A stretch of 64,000 nucleotides of DNA from a virus. The stretch is taken from IMG/VR virus record IMGVR_UViG_3300020595_003017, positions 32,001 through 96,000 of that record; one strand, 5' to 3'. How positions within the stretch are numbered: the stretch's first letter is position 1; every line of letters starts with the position of its first letter. Below are positions 1-10,381 of the stretch, one piece after another. The notes beneath the pieces are model-generated. The model saw only the letters and a program-made list of their open reading frames with translations, was not told the origin of the DNA and did no database searches. A program made the position numbers and the translations under genes.

Positions 1-2
1 CC

Positions 3-362
3 GAGGGTAAGAATTTCCCTTATAGGTCAGCCGCTGGAATAAATCAAGAAGATACCTTAAAGGTTCCCCGACGAACCCAGGATTCAATAGACGAGACAAG
101 CTTAACAAGGGCACAGGTCATGCAAAGCCCCCAAGGAAGCCCCGGCAATAACCCCAATGACCCAGGCAAGATTCTCTTTGATGCACACGGGGAGAGGGCA
201 CTTTGGTGGGAGAGAAAATATAATACGGAACTTGTTGACGGTAAAATTACATCAACAATGGTTGCCGCTGGTCCAAACGTTGAGTATTATGAAAAAGAAA
301 ACCCTGTAGGGCTAGCGTTTGCCAGAGATGTGATGAACGATACAACCGGTAGAGGAAAATAA
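3..362 (+). CDS. 3' part of a hypothetical gene that begins before the window (probably virion-related)
   Basis: The frame of the 120..362 ORF is open back to position 3; it lies directly upstream of baseplate-type genes. Confidence 0.5.
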   Translation, partial: EGKNFPYRSAAGINQEDTLKVPRRTQDSIDETSLTRAQVMQSPQGSPGNNPNDPGKILFDAHGERALWWERKYNTELVDGKITSTMVAAGPNVEYYEKENPVGLAFARDVMNDTTGRGK

Positions 363-367
363 TAATC

Positions 368-1279
368 ATGAAAAATTATTTTATGAAAACTGGGATGCCG
401 GGTGAACAAAATCTCTTTAACGAAGGTTATCGCCTAGAGATAACTCACTTACCGACAGGATACTCGGTGGCCTTCTCTGCCTTTATAGACCAGATGAGTG
501 ACTCTTACAATGCAAATTGGGCTTCGGAGCAAGTCTTTGGCAGAATGGATCCTATTGGTACCTACGAAAGAACAAAAAGGAACATCTCTGTCGTATGGAG
601 AGTCCCTGCATCAGACGTTATCATGGCTAGAGACAACTTAGATAAAATGAACAGATTAGTATCTTTTTTGTATCCCACATATGGGAATTCTATGGGCGCA
701 ACAATGATGACTCAATCGCCCATGTGGAGAGTTAAATTTGGAAATTTAATTTGTGATGCACGCACAGGGGACGGGCTTTTAGGCTGGGTTAGAGGCATAA
801 CTATAGACCCAGCTTTAGACGAGGGAATATTTACACTAGACTCGAAAGCTCAAGCAGCTAATTCTGCTTTCGGTGCGGGCGTTGATTATTTTCCCAAAAC
901 GGTTCGCTTGAATATTGAACTAGCGGTGGTGCATGAACATGACCTTGGCTGGGAAAACGTTGGTGGCACCGAGAGCGGCGAAGAAATATTTGTTTTTCGG
1001 GGATCGGGCAGAGAATCACAATCTGGACAGAAAGAGGGTATGGCTTTCCCGTATCCTTCCAGAAGACATGTCTCTGACCCGATACATGAAGTTTCAAAAA
1101 ATACAAAGCAGGGTTTAATAGACCTAAGGAAAGCTTTTAATTCCCTTCTTACAAGGCAGGATCCAATGGGGAATCTTGTTCAATTGGCTGTAGACGCCGT
1201 AAGCCCCACTGATGTCCCGGATCAAGATCGGACTGCTCAAAACGCCGTTCTAAGTGCGCAGACAGGAGGTAAGAAATAA
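368..1279 (+). CDS. putative baseplate/tail-tube-associated protein
   Basis: FIDQMSDSYNANW..EQVFGRMDPIGTY..TKRNIS pattern resembles large-phage tail-tube initiator/baseplate proteins; adjacent to a LysM/gpX-like gene. Confidence 0.5.
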   Translation: MKNYFMKTGMPGEQNLFNEGYRLEITHLPTGYSVAFSAFIDQMSDSYNANWASEQVFGRMDPIGTYERTKRNISVVWRVPASDVIMARDNLDKMNRLVSFLYPTYGNSMGATMMTQSPMWRVKFGNLICDARTGDGLLGWVRGITIDPALDEGIFTLDSKAQAANSAFGAGVDYFPKTVRLNIELAVVHEHDLGWENVGGTESGEEIFVFRGSGRESQSGQKEGMAFPYPSRRHVSDPIHEVSKNTKQGLIDLRKAFNSLLTRQDPMGNLVQLAVDAVSPTDVPDQDRTAQNAVLSAQTGGKK

Positions 1280-1620
1280 TGGGATCAAGATACAGAGGTC
1301 GAGGACTCATCTTTAACGATAATGAAGAATACAGGAAAAAGTTCTTCATTGATCGTAATGTCAATCAAGTTGTACAATATGACACAGCAGAATTTTTCTA
1401 TCCTGATGCAGATGAGGTTGGTAGTTTACAGAATATTAAAGTTCGCTGGGGTGCGACCTCAAAATTATATAACTTAGCAGCACAACATTATGGAGATCCA
1501 ACCTATTGGTGGGTTATTGCGTGGTATAATAAGAAGCCCACAGAGGCAGATTTTAATGTAGGGGATATTATATACGTCCCGTTGCCACTTGAAGAAGCTT
1601 TGGAATATTTCGGAGTATAA
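1279..1620 (+). CDS. baseplate wedge protein, LysM/P2 gpX/T4 gp53-like
   Basis: LYNLAAQHYGDPTYWWVIAWYNKK...FNVGDIIYVP motif; 1-nt overlap with the upstream gene. Confidence 0.65.
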   Translation: MGSRYRGRGLIFNDNEEYRKKFFIDRNVNQVVQYDTAEFFYPDADEVGSLQNIKVRWGATSKLYNLAAQHYGDPTYWWVIAWYNKKPTEADFNVGDIIYVPLPLEEALEYFGV

Positions 1621-1623
1621 CAT

Positions 1624-4600
1624 ATGGCTAAGTGGGTTTACGCATCATTTCCTTGGGTAGAAGCCGCTCCGGACGGTGGCTGGGGAGCCCTGACACAACG
1701 AGCCCAAGATGATAACAGGTCAACTGTTGGTGCTATTGGTAGTTACTATAGTACGGAAGATGCATGGCTAACTAACATAGGCTTTAAAAAAGGTATTAGA
1801 GAAGACGCCAGTCAGTTAACTGGCGACATCAACGGCATGATAGCTGACATGGCCTTGACAACCCTGCCTGGCGAAGATCCGAATGGAAAAACATATTATG
1901 TTCCGGCACTTATCAAAGAGGCGATTGAGGTCTCATACATTATCCGTGGCGCTCTTCAGGTTCTTCAAGAGTCAAATCTTTTAGGTCCCTTGGAGGTTGT
2001 TGGCATATCGAGTATTAATTCAGTAAGAAAAATATACAAAGAAATGTTCGGCAGCCAACGTGGCATTGATATTCTCATAGAAGAAATGGAGAACATGTCC
2101 ATCACAAGTGGACAAGCAGCGGACGGCGACAAAGCAGCGGATGCAGATTTTTATGGTGTGGATAATAGACTGCCGCAAGGACGCAAGCTTGGCAACGGGA
2201 TGCTTTTTTCGGAGGCTGTACTAAGACTAAAACAAACCTATCCGCTGTGTGTTGCTTATGACCCGTTTTATCAATATTCTGACAACCCGCAAGATGATTT
2301 GGCTGTGCAGCCTTATGGTTTAAACTTGAGAGGCAACTATACTGGATACTTTGAAAATTTTCTTGGTGTTGATTCGATATTTTCAAGACAAGAATTAACG
2401 AGGTTAGGCTACGGTAATACCACAGCCGAAATACGTCAGCAAGCTGTTATGGATCTCCTTGATTCTGGTGAAGCGTTTACTAGTGATAAGGGATACAGAG
2501 GAAGAGTTGATGTATCTAGTGTAACTTATCCTTTAACATCGCTGATTGGTGCCCTCCCGGCAGAGCCAGGACAAGCTCCAAGAGATCCGATAATAGGAGC
2601 TTTGCGATATCCACCAATGGCACCTGGCGGACGAGCACCTGAGCCCTCGGGGCAAATACTAGGCGGACTTAGTGCAACTGAGAGAACTTATCAAATACGG
2701 TTCAAATATTTTAACACTACAGCTTACAACAACGTAAGAAAATTTATTCTGTCCGAGCACAGAAAGTTTCTGAAACAACAATTAGAAGAAGCTAAAAAGA
2801 AAAAGGCTGCTGGTGACTTTCAACCCGAACCAGCTAGAGCCGCCTCTGGAGTCATGTCTGGAGCGAGGGCAACGGCAAAGACTGCACCTAAGCAGGGTGA
2901 TCCTGCTAGAGATGCAGCGATTAGAATTTTAAATTCACAACTTATATTGATGCGTAACTTAAGAAGCTTAATGCCCGTCGCAACACTTACACACTATCAT
3001 GCTTCCGGAAGACCAGATTCACCGATCGCTCGTAACCTTCGTTTTGATCATTTGATAAACGCCCTTTGTGAACCAGAATCCGTGATACCGTTATTAAATA
3101 ATCCGATGACAGGCTTAGACTCTTTTATAAATGCACCTAATTCTGCACTTTCAACTCTCGTTCCAAAGCTAACGTTTTTCATCGGAGACTCGAAGGGAAA
3201 TAGAAGGAAGGTGGAGTTCCCGGATCACATTCATGATTACCAGATTAAAGCTTTGGCAAAGGGAAAGAGCAGTACTCAAATAAAAGATATATTAAGAAAC
3301 AGGTCTAACCATGGCACCGATGCAGGTGTTAAAAGTTTCTCTTGGGATTTTGACCAAATCCATGAAGGCGACAATGCGGTAAAAGCCCGCTTGTCTTTGT
3401 TTTTCGGCTCAGCACTTGATATGATGAATGATGATTATAAGGCCTTCTTGTATACAACGGGCGACCCAAGCTCAGATGCACCTAGAATCAAGGGTCGCAG
3501 GTTTGTAAAAGAGACCAAAGAGAAAAAAGTTGAAAGACTATCGATAGTTTTACAGAAGAGGCAAGAGAAGCTAACAGATCCAAATCAGAACCCCCCGGTG
3601 GAGGATGGTAAGGACTCCATATCAAGAAACAACAGGGCTAGCAAGAGGACTGCTCCTGGCAAGCCATCTTTGGGTCTTTATGTTAGGGTCGGATGGGCTG
3701 TTCCACAAGGTAAAATGCCGGCTGATGCGCCAACCGATTTTATAAAAACTATAGAAAAAACTCAACGTGAAATAAAATTAAATTTAACTGGACATAGTGT
3801 ATCGTATAGTCCCAACGGACAACTAACTCTGGACCTTGAATATGCTGGGTCTATTGGTAATGCTCTTGATCACTTGTCAAGATCAGACGTTCTAAGAACC
3901 AGAAAAGGTCCAACGGATATAGATTTTGTTGAATATTCAATACCAAACATAGTAGTGCCAGTACCAGAAGATTCTATAGACCCTGAAATTTCCAGACTTG
4001 ACTCAGCAACTTATGCCAACTCGGCTTGGCCCCAAGGTTACATAAAAAGGAAAGCCATAAAAAATTATAGAGTTACAGAGCAAAATCCAAACCCGTCATA
4101 TCGGCTTAAAGATGTTCAACCAACTGTTGCGCTCGCTAAGGCGGGAATTGAATATGAAATAAAAACCCTTGACACCTTGATTCAAACAATGCATGATAAA
4201 ACTGCACTTTTACCAAAAAAGAAAAGAGCAAAGGTGGAGAAGGATGCAACTCTTGCTGCAATGCATGACGCCTTACAGCGCCACCGTCGAGTTGCTCAGA
4301 TAGCTTTAGACAACATTCTAGAAAAAATTAGAGAGCCAAAATATGCCTCCATACTGGAGCGCCTGTTGGCTGATAAAAAAATATATTATGGTAGAATAAT
4401 ACCGAGGACAGATTCCTTACCCGTAAGTGCTTACGGTACCGTGAAGTCTGGCAATTATACTGACGCCACTGCTGGTACAACCAGGCATAATTTTGATGTT
4501 GTCTTCACCAAAAAGCAGCCAAAAAGCAAAACAGAAACAAAGTCTGAGAGACTAAAAAGAGTCAAAGATGCTTTGAGTGACGCCTATAGGACAGGAGCTA

Positions 4601-5550
4601 ACCCAGCCCTGAGACTTGATCCAACCTCGGCATCGACAAGAGATTTTGATGTGGATTATGGCTCCAGGAACTTATATTATATTAGGTTGGGAGACCTGAT
4701 AGATAACATACTTGAAAACATAGACAACACAGAGGAAAATAATGATGATTTTTATAAGGTTGTCTTAGGATCTATACGCCCGATAAACTATGGAATACCA
4801 GGGTTTACAGAAACAGATGTTTTTATGTTAGCAGACTTGCCAATATCTATAGAATATTTTGGACAGTTCTTTATAGATACTGTTGTTGCCCCTCAGCGTA
4901 ATTCTATATCTTTGAAAGAGTTTTTGGATGCTCTTAGACTGAAACTGCTGTCTCCCATGTTCAGAGAGTTTTCCCAAACGCAAGGTAAAAAATCAACTCC
5001 GATATTTAACATGACGCCTCTTTTTTCTGGGGTCGAAGCAGAGCCAGGGGCGGTGCTAAACCAAGACGAACTAAGACAGTTGGCTTTTAATAGAACTCAA
5101 GCAAATCTTGCCAAGAATAAATACTTAGTTATATCCCCACGAACTATAACATACAAAAAGCGCAGGGGCATAGAATCCGAAGATATTAAAAACGGCATAT
5201 ATCATCTAAAGATTGGAGTTGACAAGGGTATAGTTAAATCATTCTCTACCACCGAGAGAAATATGACAAAATTTCACCGAGCGATGCAGGTGGAACGCAG
5301 CAATGAACCTGATGGTTTTTTGGTTGTGCCGCAAAACTTTGATTTAACCTTGGTTGGTAATCAGTTCTTTCCAAACGGCACTACGGTATATATTGATGCA
5401 GATGTTGGCTTTGGTAGAGAAATAGCTCAGACCTTAGGAATCGGCGGTTACTACGGGGTCGTTAGGTCCTCTCACTCAATAGAGGGTGGAACCTTCGAGA
5501 CTGTGTTACAGTGTGTATGGCAATCTTCTGGCAACAAGGACGGATTATAA
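1624..5550 (+). CDS. large virion protein (1308 aa) with a baseplate-hub-like C-terminus
   Basis: C-terminal DLTLVGNQFFPNGTTVYID...GGYYGVVRSSHSIEGGTFETVLQC resembles late-control-D/gp27-type hub ends; follows the wedge gene. Confidence 0.45.
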   Translation: MAKWVYASFPWVEAAPDGGWGALTQRAQDDNRSTVGAIGSYYSTEDAWLTNIGFKKGIREDASQLTGDINGMIADMALTTLPGEDPNGKTYYVPALIKEAIEVSYIIRGALQVLQESNLLGPLEVVGISSINSVRKIYKEMFGSQRGIDILIEEMENMSITSGQAADGDKAADADFYGVDNRLPQGRKLGNGMLFSEAVLRLKQTYPLCVAYDPFYQYSDNPQDDLAVQPYGLNLRGNYTGYFENFLGVDSIFSRQELTRLGYGNTTAEIRQQAVMDLLDSGEAFTSDKGYRGRVDVSSVTYPLTSLIGALPAEPGQAPRDPIIGALRYPPMAPGGRAPEPSGQILGGLSATERTYQIRFKYFNTTAYNNVRKFILSEHRKFLKQQLEEAKKKKAAGDFQPEPARAASGVMSGARATAKTAPKQGDPARDAAIRILNSQLILMRNLRSLMPVATLTHYHASGRPDSPIARNLRFDHLINALCEPESVIPLLNNPMTGLDSFINAPNSALSTLVPKLTFFIGDSKGNRRKVEFPDHIHDYQIKALAKGKSSTQIKDILRNRSNHGTDAGVKSFSWDFDQIHEGDNAVKARLSLFFGSALDMMNDDYKAFLYTTGDPSSDAPRIKGRRFVKETKEKKVERLSIVLQKRQEKLTDPNQNPPVEDGKDSISRNNRASKRTAPGKPSLGLYVRVGWAVPQGKMPADAPTDFIKTIEKTQREIKLNLTGHSVSYSPNGQLTLDLEYAGSIGNALDHLSRSDVLRTRKGPTDIDFVEYSIPNIVVPVPEDSIDPEISRLDSATYANSAWPQGYIKRKAIKNYRVTEQNPNPSYRLKDVQPTVALAKAGIEYEIKTLDTLIQTMHDKTALLPKKKRAKVEKDATLAAMHDALQRHRRVAQIALDNILEKIREPKYASILERLLADKKIYYGRIIPRTDSLPVSAYGTVKSGNYTDATAGTTRHNFDVVFTKKQPKSKTETKSERLKRVKDALSDAYRTGANPALRLDPTSASTRDFDVDYGSRNLYYIRLGDLIDNILENIDNTEENNDDFYKVVLGSIRPINYGIPGFTETDVFMLADLPISIEYFGQFFIDTVVAPQRNSISLKEFLDALRLKLLSPMFREFSQTQGKKSTPIFNMTPLFSGVEAEPGAVLNQDELRQLAFNRTQANLAKNKYLVISPRTITYKKRRGIESEDIKNGIYHLKIGVDKGIVKSFSTTERNMTKFHRAMQVERSNEPDGFLVVPQNFDLTLVGNQFFPNGTTVYIDADVGFGREIAQTLGIGGYYGVVRSSHSIEGGTFETVLQCVWQSSGNKDGL

Positions 5551-5551
5551 A

Positions 5552-6982
5552 ATGGTGCAACCTAGAAAAGTAGATCCAAACTTAAATTCAATTAGGTACT
5601 CGAACGCCGACAACGATTCGGATGCGAGAGAGGTTTTTAAAGACAGAGAAAAGTATGCCAATTTCATTTTCCCAGCCGCTTCGTCTCTTGGTGTCGGTAC
5701 GGCTTATAATTTTTGGGGTAAGGACAGGTTTTTTGGAAAAATAAACCCGGTTGGAAACCCCGCTATAGTAATTGAGAGTCGCCTAAGACAACTTAGGCAC
5801 GCAGATCCAGGACAAACATTTTATGCGTTAGATTTCGTAGCCGATGCGTGGAGAGATTTTTGCGACAGAATTAATCTCGAATTGGCCAACGGGACGCTGT
5901 ACGACTCTGGTCCCTATTCGTCAATGACTGTCAAGCGAGGGTGGACAGACGTCTATAAAGAATATCACAACTATATGGTAAATGATTTGTACCCTGCTTT
6001 TCAAAATATTTTCATGAGTTCCCCAAAAAGAAAAAGAATGCTGACAGACTTTGATACTTTCCTAGAGGTATTTGATGAGTTTTCAGGGAAAATAATTAAA
6101 AACGCAGGACCTATAACTTTATCGGGCTTTGTAGAGAGTTTATATTATTCACCACTGAACACAGGGCTTGCGCTTGAGATCGCCACTGATGCTCATGATG
6201 ATGATCTAAGAAAAGAAATAAAGTTTTTGTACGATGAAAATTTTCCACTGGTTATGAAATTAGCAACATACTATGGTTTTTCTGTGGACAAGAATGCGCC
6301 TTGGAGATTTGTTATAGATCCAAGCTCCCTTGCAGCGCAGGAATATATGCTTGGCCTTTTTATGGAAAGCGGAGATCTGCCACCACAATCAGGAGCGGAG
6401 TGTGAGGATGGCGTGTTTATACCAAAAAACAGAAGAAGTCCAGAACTTTTTGGTTATTCAGAAATACCAGGCTTTGAAGATGTAATCAGGCACGCCCCTG
6501 GTTACGCCCACTACCAAGATCAGATAGGGGGTTCTTATTCTCCAGTCGTAGTGTATACTGGGTTATTTAACGCTTCTTACCTTGAAACTATTACAGACGA
6601 CATGAATTTACTAAAGGTTTATTTGTTTGACTTTTACAACAGATATGTGTCCGCCAACGCTAGCTTATTAATACCTGCTGGGACAATAGACGATTGTGAC
6701 AAACCTAGAACTATCTTAAGGGACTTAGTGAATCCTGAAATTTTGTCATTATACGGAGACAAATGGTCTCTTAGGGCCACCTATGTTCTACGTCGCCGAG
6801 AGCGAGGGATAGTGGAAAGTAGAGATAATGAGATTAAAGACTTGAGAGATATTTTTAATTTCTATGACTTCATGCCAAGCAACAGAAACTCTAACAAGTA
6901 TCTTCGTGCCCTAGGGTACATCAATGAAAAGTTCATTGGGAGGTTAACGACTAGCTCGTTTGATACTAATATTATCTCATAG
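5552..6982 (+). CDS. hypothetical protein
   Basis: Long ORF; the ATG at 5552, right after the previous stop, is preferred to the track start at 5486. Confidence 0.6.
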   Translation: MVQPRKVDPNLNSIRYSNADNDSDAREVFKDREKYANFIFPAASSLGVGTAYNFWGKDRFFGKINPVGNPAIVIESRLRQLRHADPGQTFYALDFVADAWRDFCDRINLELANGTLYDSGPYSSMTVKRGWTDVYKEYHNYMVNDLYPAFQNIFMSSPKRKRMLTDFDTFLEVFDEFSGKIIKNAGPITLSGFVESLYYSPLNTGLALEIATDAHDDDLRKEIKFLYDENFPLVMKLATYYGFSVDKNAPWRFVIDPSSLAAQEYMLGLFMESGDLPPQSGAECEDGVFIPKNRRSPELFGYSEIPGFEDVIRHAPGYAHYQDQIGGSYSPVVVYTGLFNASYLETITDDMNLLKVYLFDFYNRYVSANASLLIPAGTIDDCDKPRTILRDLVNPEILSLYGDKWSLRATYVLRRRERGIVESRDNEIKDLRDIFNFYDFMPSNRNSNKYLRALGYINEKFIGRLTTSSFDTNIIS

Positions 6983-6989
6983 GTTATTT

Positions 6990-8210
6990 ATGTTATTTCA
7001 AACTTTAGACGACAAGACTGAGTGTGTTGGCATTTACGCTGACAATAAACTACTATTTGATGTAGGTGACTTCCCCGAGGGGCTTAAGTCTACTTGGAGT
7101 TACTCGCCCTACCTAAGAGGCATGGATATCGATTACGCATCCTTGTATCTTGAAGGCGAAGACCTGTCTGGCAATATACCTGAGTTTTTGCGGGACGACT
7201 GGAGTGATGTATCAGAAAGAATATTGGCTTTCAGGCGGTCTTTACAAATCTCTAAGGTCAATCAAGACGAAAACTGTTTCTTCGACCTTGTGCCAGAAAG
7301 ATTCCTCAAGGACTTTTGTGAGGTAAAGAATAATATAACTAAACATATTCTTAAGACAGTACCAAAGCCTAAAAGATACGATTATCACAAGCATGTTTCA
7401 ATGCTGCTAGGAGATATAGCTTGCCAACCAGTAACTGTGGACAGAAAAAAGCTTTCATCTTATCTTACTAGTAAGAAGCTAGGCAATCAAGCCAGGGCTA
7501 TGATGGAGTGCTCTCCTTATGTTAGGTATAATCAGTTTGGTACTGTTACAGGTAGGCTTACCACTAAGAAAAACTCTTTCCCGATTTTAACTTTGAATAG
7601 ATCACTAAGACATGCTATTAAGCCACAAAATGATTATTTTTTAGAACTGGATTTTAATGGGGCAGAGGTAAGAACTCTTCTTGGGATGTTAGGATCACCG
7701 CAACCTGTGAATGACGTTCATGACTTCCACCTGACAAACGTTTTTAATTCTTTGGTTTCTAGAGAGCAGGCCAAGACTTTGTTTTTCTCGTGGCTGTATG
7801 GCTCAAGGCAAATGGCTGCCTCTGCGGAGGGTAAAAAGCTAGAAAGTTTTTATGAGAGATCAAAACTGTTGGATAAATTTTATTGTGACTCTACTGTAAC
7901 GACGCCATTTGGCAAAGTCATTAACGACGTGGACAAACATCTTGCTTTGAACTATTTGGTCCAGTCAACCACGGCAGAACTAACCCTAAAGCAAGCTTTG
8001 AAGATAGATTACCTGCTCAGAAGAGATGGCACTGGCTCAACAATAGCTTTTTTAATACATGACGCTATTGTTCTGGACCTTAAAAATGAGGATGAGTGGT
8101 TGTTGCCTAGCATTAAAAAACTAATGGCTTCAACCAATTTTGGCAACTTCATCATAAATACTAAATCAGGAAAAACACTTGGTTCTTTAAGGGATATTAA
8201 AATTGGATAA
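6990..8210 (+). CDS. minimal family A (PolA-like) DNA polymerase domain, no exonuclease domains
   Basis: GTVTGRLT; motif A ELDFNGAEVR; motif B REQAKTLFFSWLYG; NYLVQSTTAE; motif C IHDAIV; only ~406 aa. Confidence 0.8.
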   Translation: MLFQTLDDKTECVGIYADNKLLFDVGDFPEGLKSTWSYSPYLRGMDIDYASLYLEGEDLSGNIPEFLRDDWSDVSERILAFRRSLQISKVNQDENCFFDLVPERFLKDFCEVKNNITKHILKTVPKPKRYDYHKHVSMLLGDIACQPVTVDRKKLSSYLTSKKLGNQARAMMECSPYVRYNQFGTVTGRLTTKKNSFPILTLNRSLRHAIKPQNDYFLELDFNGAEVRTLLGMLGSPQPVNDVHDFHLTNVFNSLVSREQAKTLFFSWLYGSRQMAASAEGKKLESFYERSKLLDKFYCDSTVTTPFGKVINDVDKHLALNYLVQSTTAELTLKQALKIDYLLRRDGTGSTIAFLIHDAIVLDLKNEDEWLLPSIKKLMASTNFGNFIINTKSGKTLGSLRDIKIG

Positions 8211-9060
8211 GGTTATAGGATTAGGAAAATTTGGCTGTTCCATCGCTGAGCATTTAACGTCTTATCCAGAGTATCGAGTTTATAAAATCGATTCTGACAT
8301 TACAGAACGAGGCTCCCTTTCTATCGGAGCACATAACGACATGCAAGAATATGAAAACTTAATTGATGATCAAGAAATAACAGTATACCTCAGGTCAGTT
8401 AAGACAGACGATGAGGTGCTGATTATCACAGAGGGCGGCGAACCAATATCTGGTGCTTTGCTTAGAATTTTATCGACTATAAAAGACGCTAAAGTCTCAG
8501 TTCTTTATGTTTGCCCAGATCGACAAATATGTTCTGAAATACAAAAACGAGACGATAAAATATGTTTCAATATAATTCAGCAATACGCCCGCAGCGGGGC
8601 CATTGAAACTGTTTATTTGTTAAGCAAATCATCTGTTGAGGCTCTGGTCGGAGATGTTTCGATTCAAGAGTATGAGAAAAGTATGTCGTACTTTGTTTCT
8701 TATGTGTTGGCGATGGTTAATTACTTTAACCACACAAAAGCAATTGTCTCAAACAAGTTATCTGTAAGAAATTCTTGTAGGATTGCAACTTTTGGAGTAT
8801 GCTCCCTTGAGAACAACGCCCCGGTTAGCTTGTTGTTCCCGTTACAAAAAATATCAGACGTGCATTTCTATTATGGGTTACCTGAAGAAACCATAGAGGG
8901 TGACGGAACCATCATGAAAAAAATAAAACAGCAAGTTACGGATTACAAAACAGACGAAAATATGAGCGTTGGTTTCTCTGTCTATCCTTTAACTTTGGAC
9001 GACCCATTTGTGGCTTGTCTTGCCTATTCGAGTGAAATACAAAATTTTGCCTTTATTTGA
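8203..9060 (+). CDS. divergent tubulin/FtsZ-like protein
   Basis: N-terminal VIGLGKFGCSIAEHL...VYKIDS matches the tubulin/FtsZ T1 loop; the signature loop is degenerate (EGGEPISG vs GGGTGSG); TTG start overlaps the polA stop. Confidence 0.55.
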   Translation: MDKVIGLGKFGCSIAEHLTSYPEYRVYKIDSDITERGSLSIGAHNDMQEYENLIDDQEITVYLRSVKTDDEVLIITEGGEPISGALLRILSTIKDAKVSVLYVCPDRQICSEIQKRDDKICFNIIQQYARSGAIETVYLLSKSSVEALVGDVSIQEYEKSMSYFVSYVLAMVNYFNHTKAIVSNKLSVRNSCRIATFGVCSLENNAPVSLLFPLQKISDVHFYYGLPEETIEGDGTIMKKIKQQVTDYKTDENMSVGFSVYPLTLDDPFVACLAYSSEIQNFAFI

Positions 9061-9097
9061 CACTATATATTGTGATATAAAATAGGGTAATTTCCGC

Positions 9098-9538
9098 ATG
9101 AACCAAAACAATAGGCGAGGTATTCTTCTAGCCTCTTTTGTGAACACTGAAGACGAAAATATAATAAATGCAGAGGTTCAATGGATTGTTGAAAAGCTTG
9201 AGCTTACCAATAATTACATTTTTTTGCTACAGAATCTTGATACCCCAGAAAAGAAAATACTAACTTACAGTGCTATAACAGAGCCGGGGAAAAGATTTAA
9301 TCCAAGGTTGCACACTATGCGAATCCACCGGAAAAAACAGACAAATACGCTTTACACCATAAATGCACTTAATGCAGCAGTGTCAAAACAACACGATGGA
9401 CAGACTGGGAAGCATCTAAAACTTGATTGGGAAGAGTATTCTAATTGTCTGTTATTGACCTCTGGAAAAAAACTTCAAGCTTATCCCATTGAAGTAATAA
9501 AGATTTTTAAAATAGAAGACCCTCCTGAGGAAAATTAG
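9098..9538 (+). CDS. conserved large-phage hypothetical protein
   Basis: RIHRKKQTNTLYTINALN motif; located next to the SSB gene. Confidence 0.6.
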   Translation: MNQNNRRGILLASFVNTEDENIINAEVQWIVEKLELTNNYIFLLQNLDTPEKKILTYSAITEPGKRFNPRLHTMRIHRKKQTNTLYTINALNAAVSKQHDGQTGKHLKLDWEEYSNCLLLTSGKKLQAYPIEVIKIFKIEDPPEEN

Positions 9539-9539
9539 C

Positions 9540-9567
9540 TTTACACCCTATCCTGATATGGTATAGT
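9540..9567 (+). promoter_or_regulatory. sigma70-like promoter for ssb-recA
   Basis: TTTACA-16 nt-TATAGT with extended TG; AAGGAG RBS before the ATG at 9604. Confidence 0.6.
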
Positions 9568-9603
9568 AGATCACGGTCAACTAACCAGTAAAGGAGAAAT
9601 ACA

Positions 9604-10377
9604 ATGGGTATTGACTTGAGCAAGATGAGGGCGAAGCACGCTGCTCTTACGACCAGAGGAGGAGACTCCTCAGAAAACTTTTGGAAGCCAGAAGAGGGCA
9701 CGCACCAGTTGCGACTAGTATGCCCGCCAAACGGCGATCCTTTCTTTGAGGCATATTATCACTACGGCATGGGTGCCGAGGGTAAGACCACTGTCCTCAG
9801 CCCACGCACTAACGGTGGTGATGACCCCATCGCAGAGTGGGGAACCCGTCTTTGGAACGAAGGCACCGACGGCTCTAAGGAAGCAGCCAAACGCTTTTGG
9901 CCTAAGATGCGTATTTTCGCCCCCATCGTCGTCCGTGGCGAAGAGGACAAAGGCGTCCGCTGGTGGGGCTTTTCCCGCACCACCTATCAGGCACTTCTTG
10001 ACTTAGTTCTTGATCCTGAATACGGTGACATCACCGATACCGAGAAGGGTACAGACATCCGTATTGATTACGGCAAGAAGTCTGGTCAATCCTTTCCGAC
10101 GACGGATGTCCGACCAATGCGTCGTACTTCGCCCCTTGCGAAGACAGAGGAAGAAGTCAACACTCTTCTTGAAAGCATTACATCCGCTGCCGAAATCTTT
10201 GACGTCGCCTCCTATGAGGATTGTGAGAAGGTTCTTAATGAGACGCTCGGTGACACAGACACCAGCGCCACCAACGAGACAACTCGCTACAACGACAGCA
10301 CCGCTACCAAGTCTGACAAGGGCATGGAAGGCGTGGCAGATATCGAATCAGCGTTTGACGATTTGCTGTCTAGTTGA
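9604..10377 (+). CDS. single-stranded DNA-binding protein, T4 gp32-like
   Basis: FWKPEEGTHQLRLV..PFFEAYYHY, DDPIAE, DPEYGDITD...GTDIRI; acidic tail DIESAFDDLL; adjacent to recA. Confidence 0.8.
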   Translation: MGIDLSKMRAKHAALTTRGGDSSENFWKPEEGTHQLRLVCPPNGDPFFEAYYHYGMGAEGKTTVLSPRTNGGDDPIAEWGTRLWNEGTDGSKEAAKRFWPKMRIFAPIVVRGEEDKGVRWWGFSRTTYQALLDLVLDPEYGDITDTEKGTDIRIDYGKKSGQSFPTTDVRPMRRTSPLAKTEEEVNTLLESITSAAEIFDVASYEDCEKVLNETLGDTDTSATNETTRYNDSTATKSDKGMEGVADIESAFDDLLSS

Positions 10378-10381
10378 CCAG

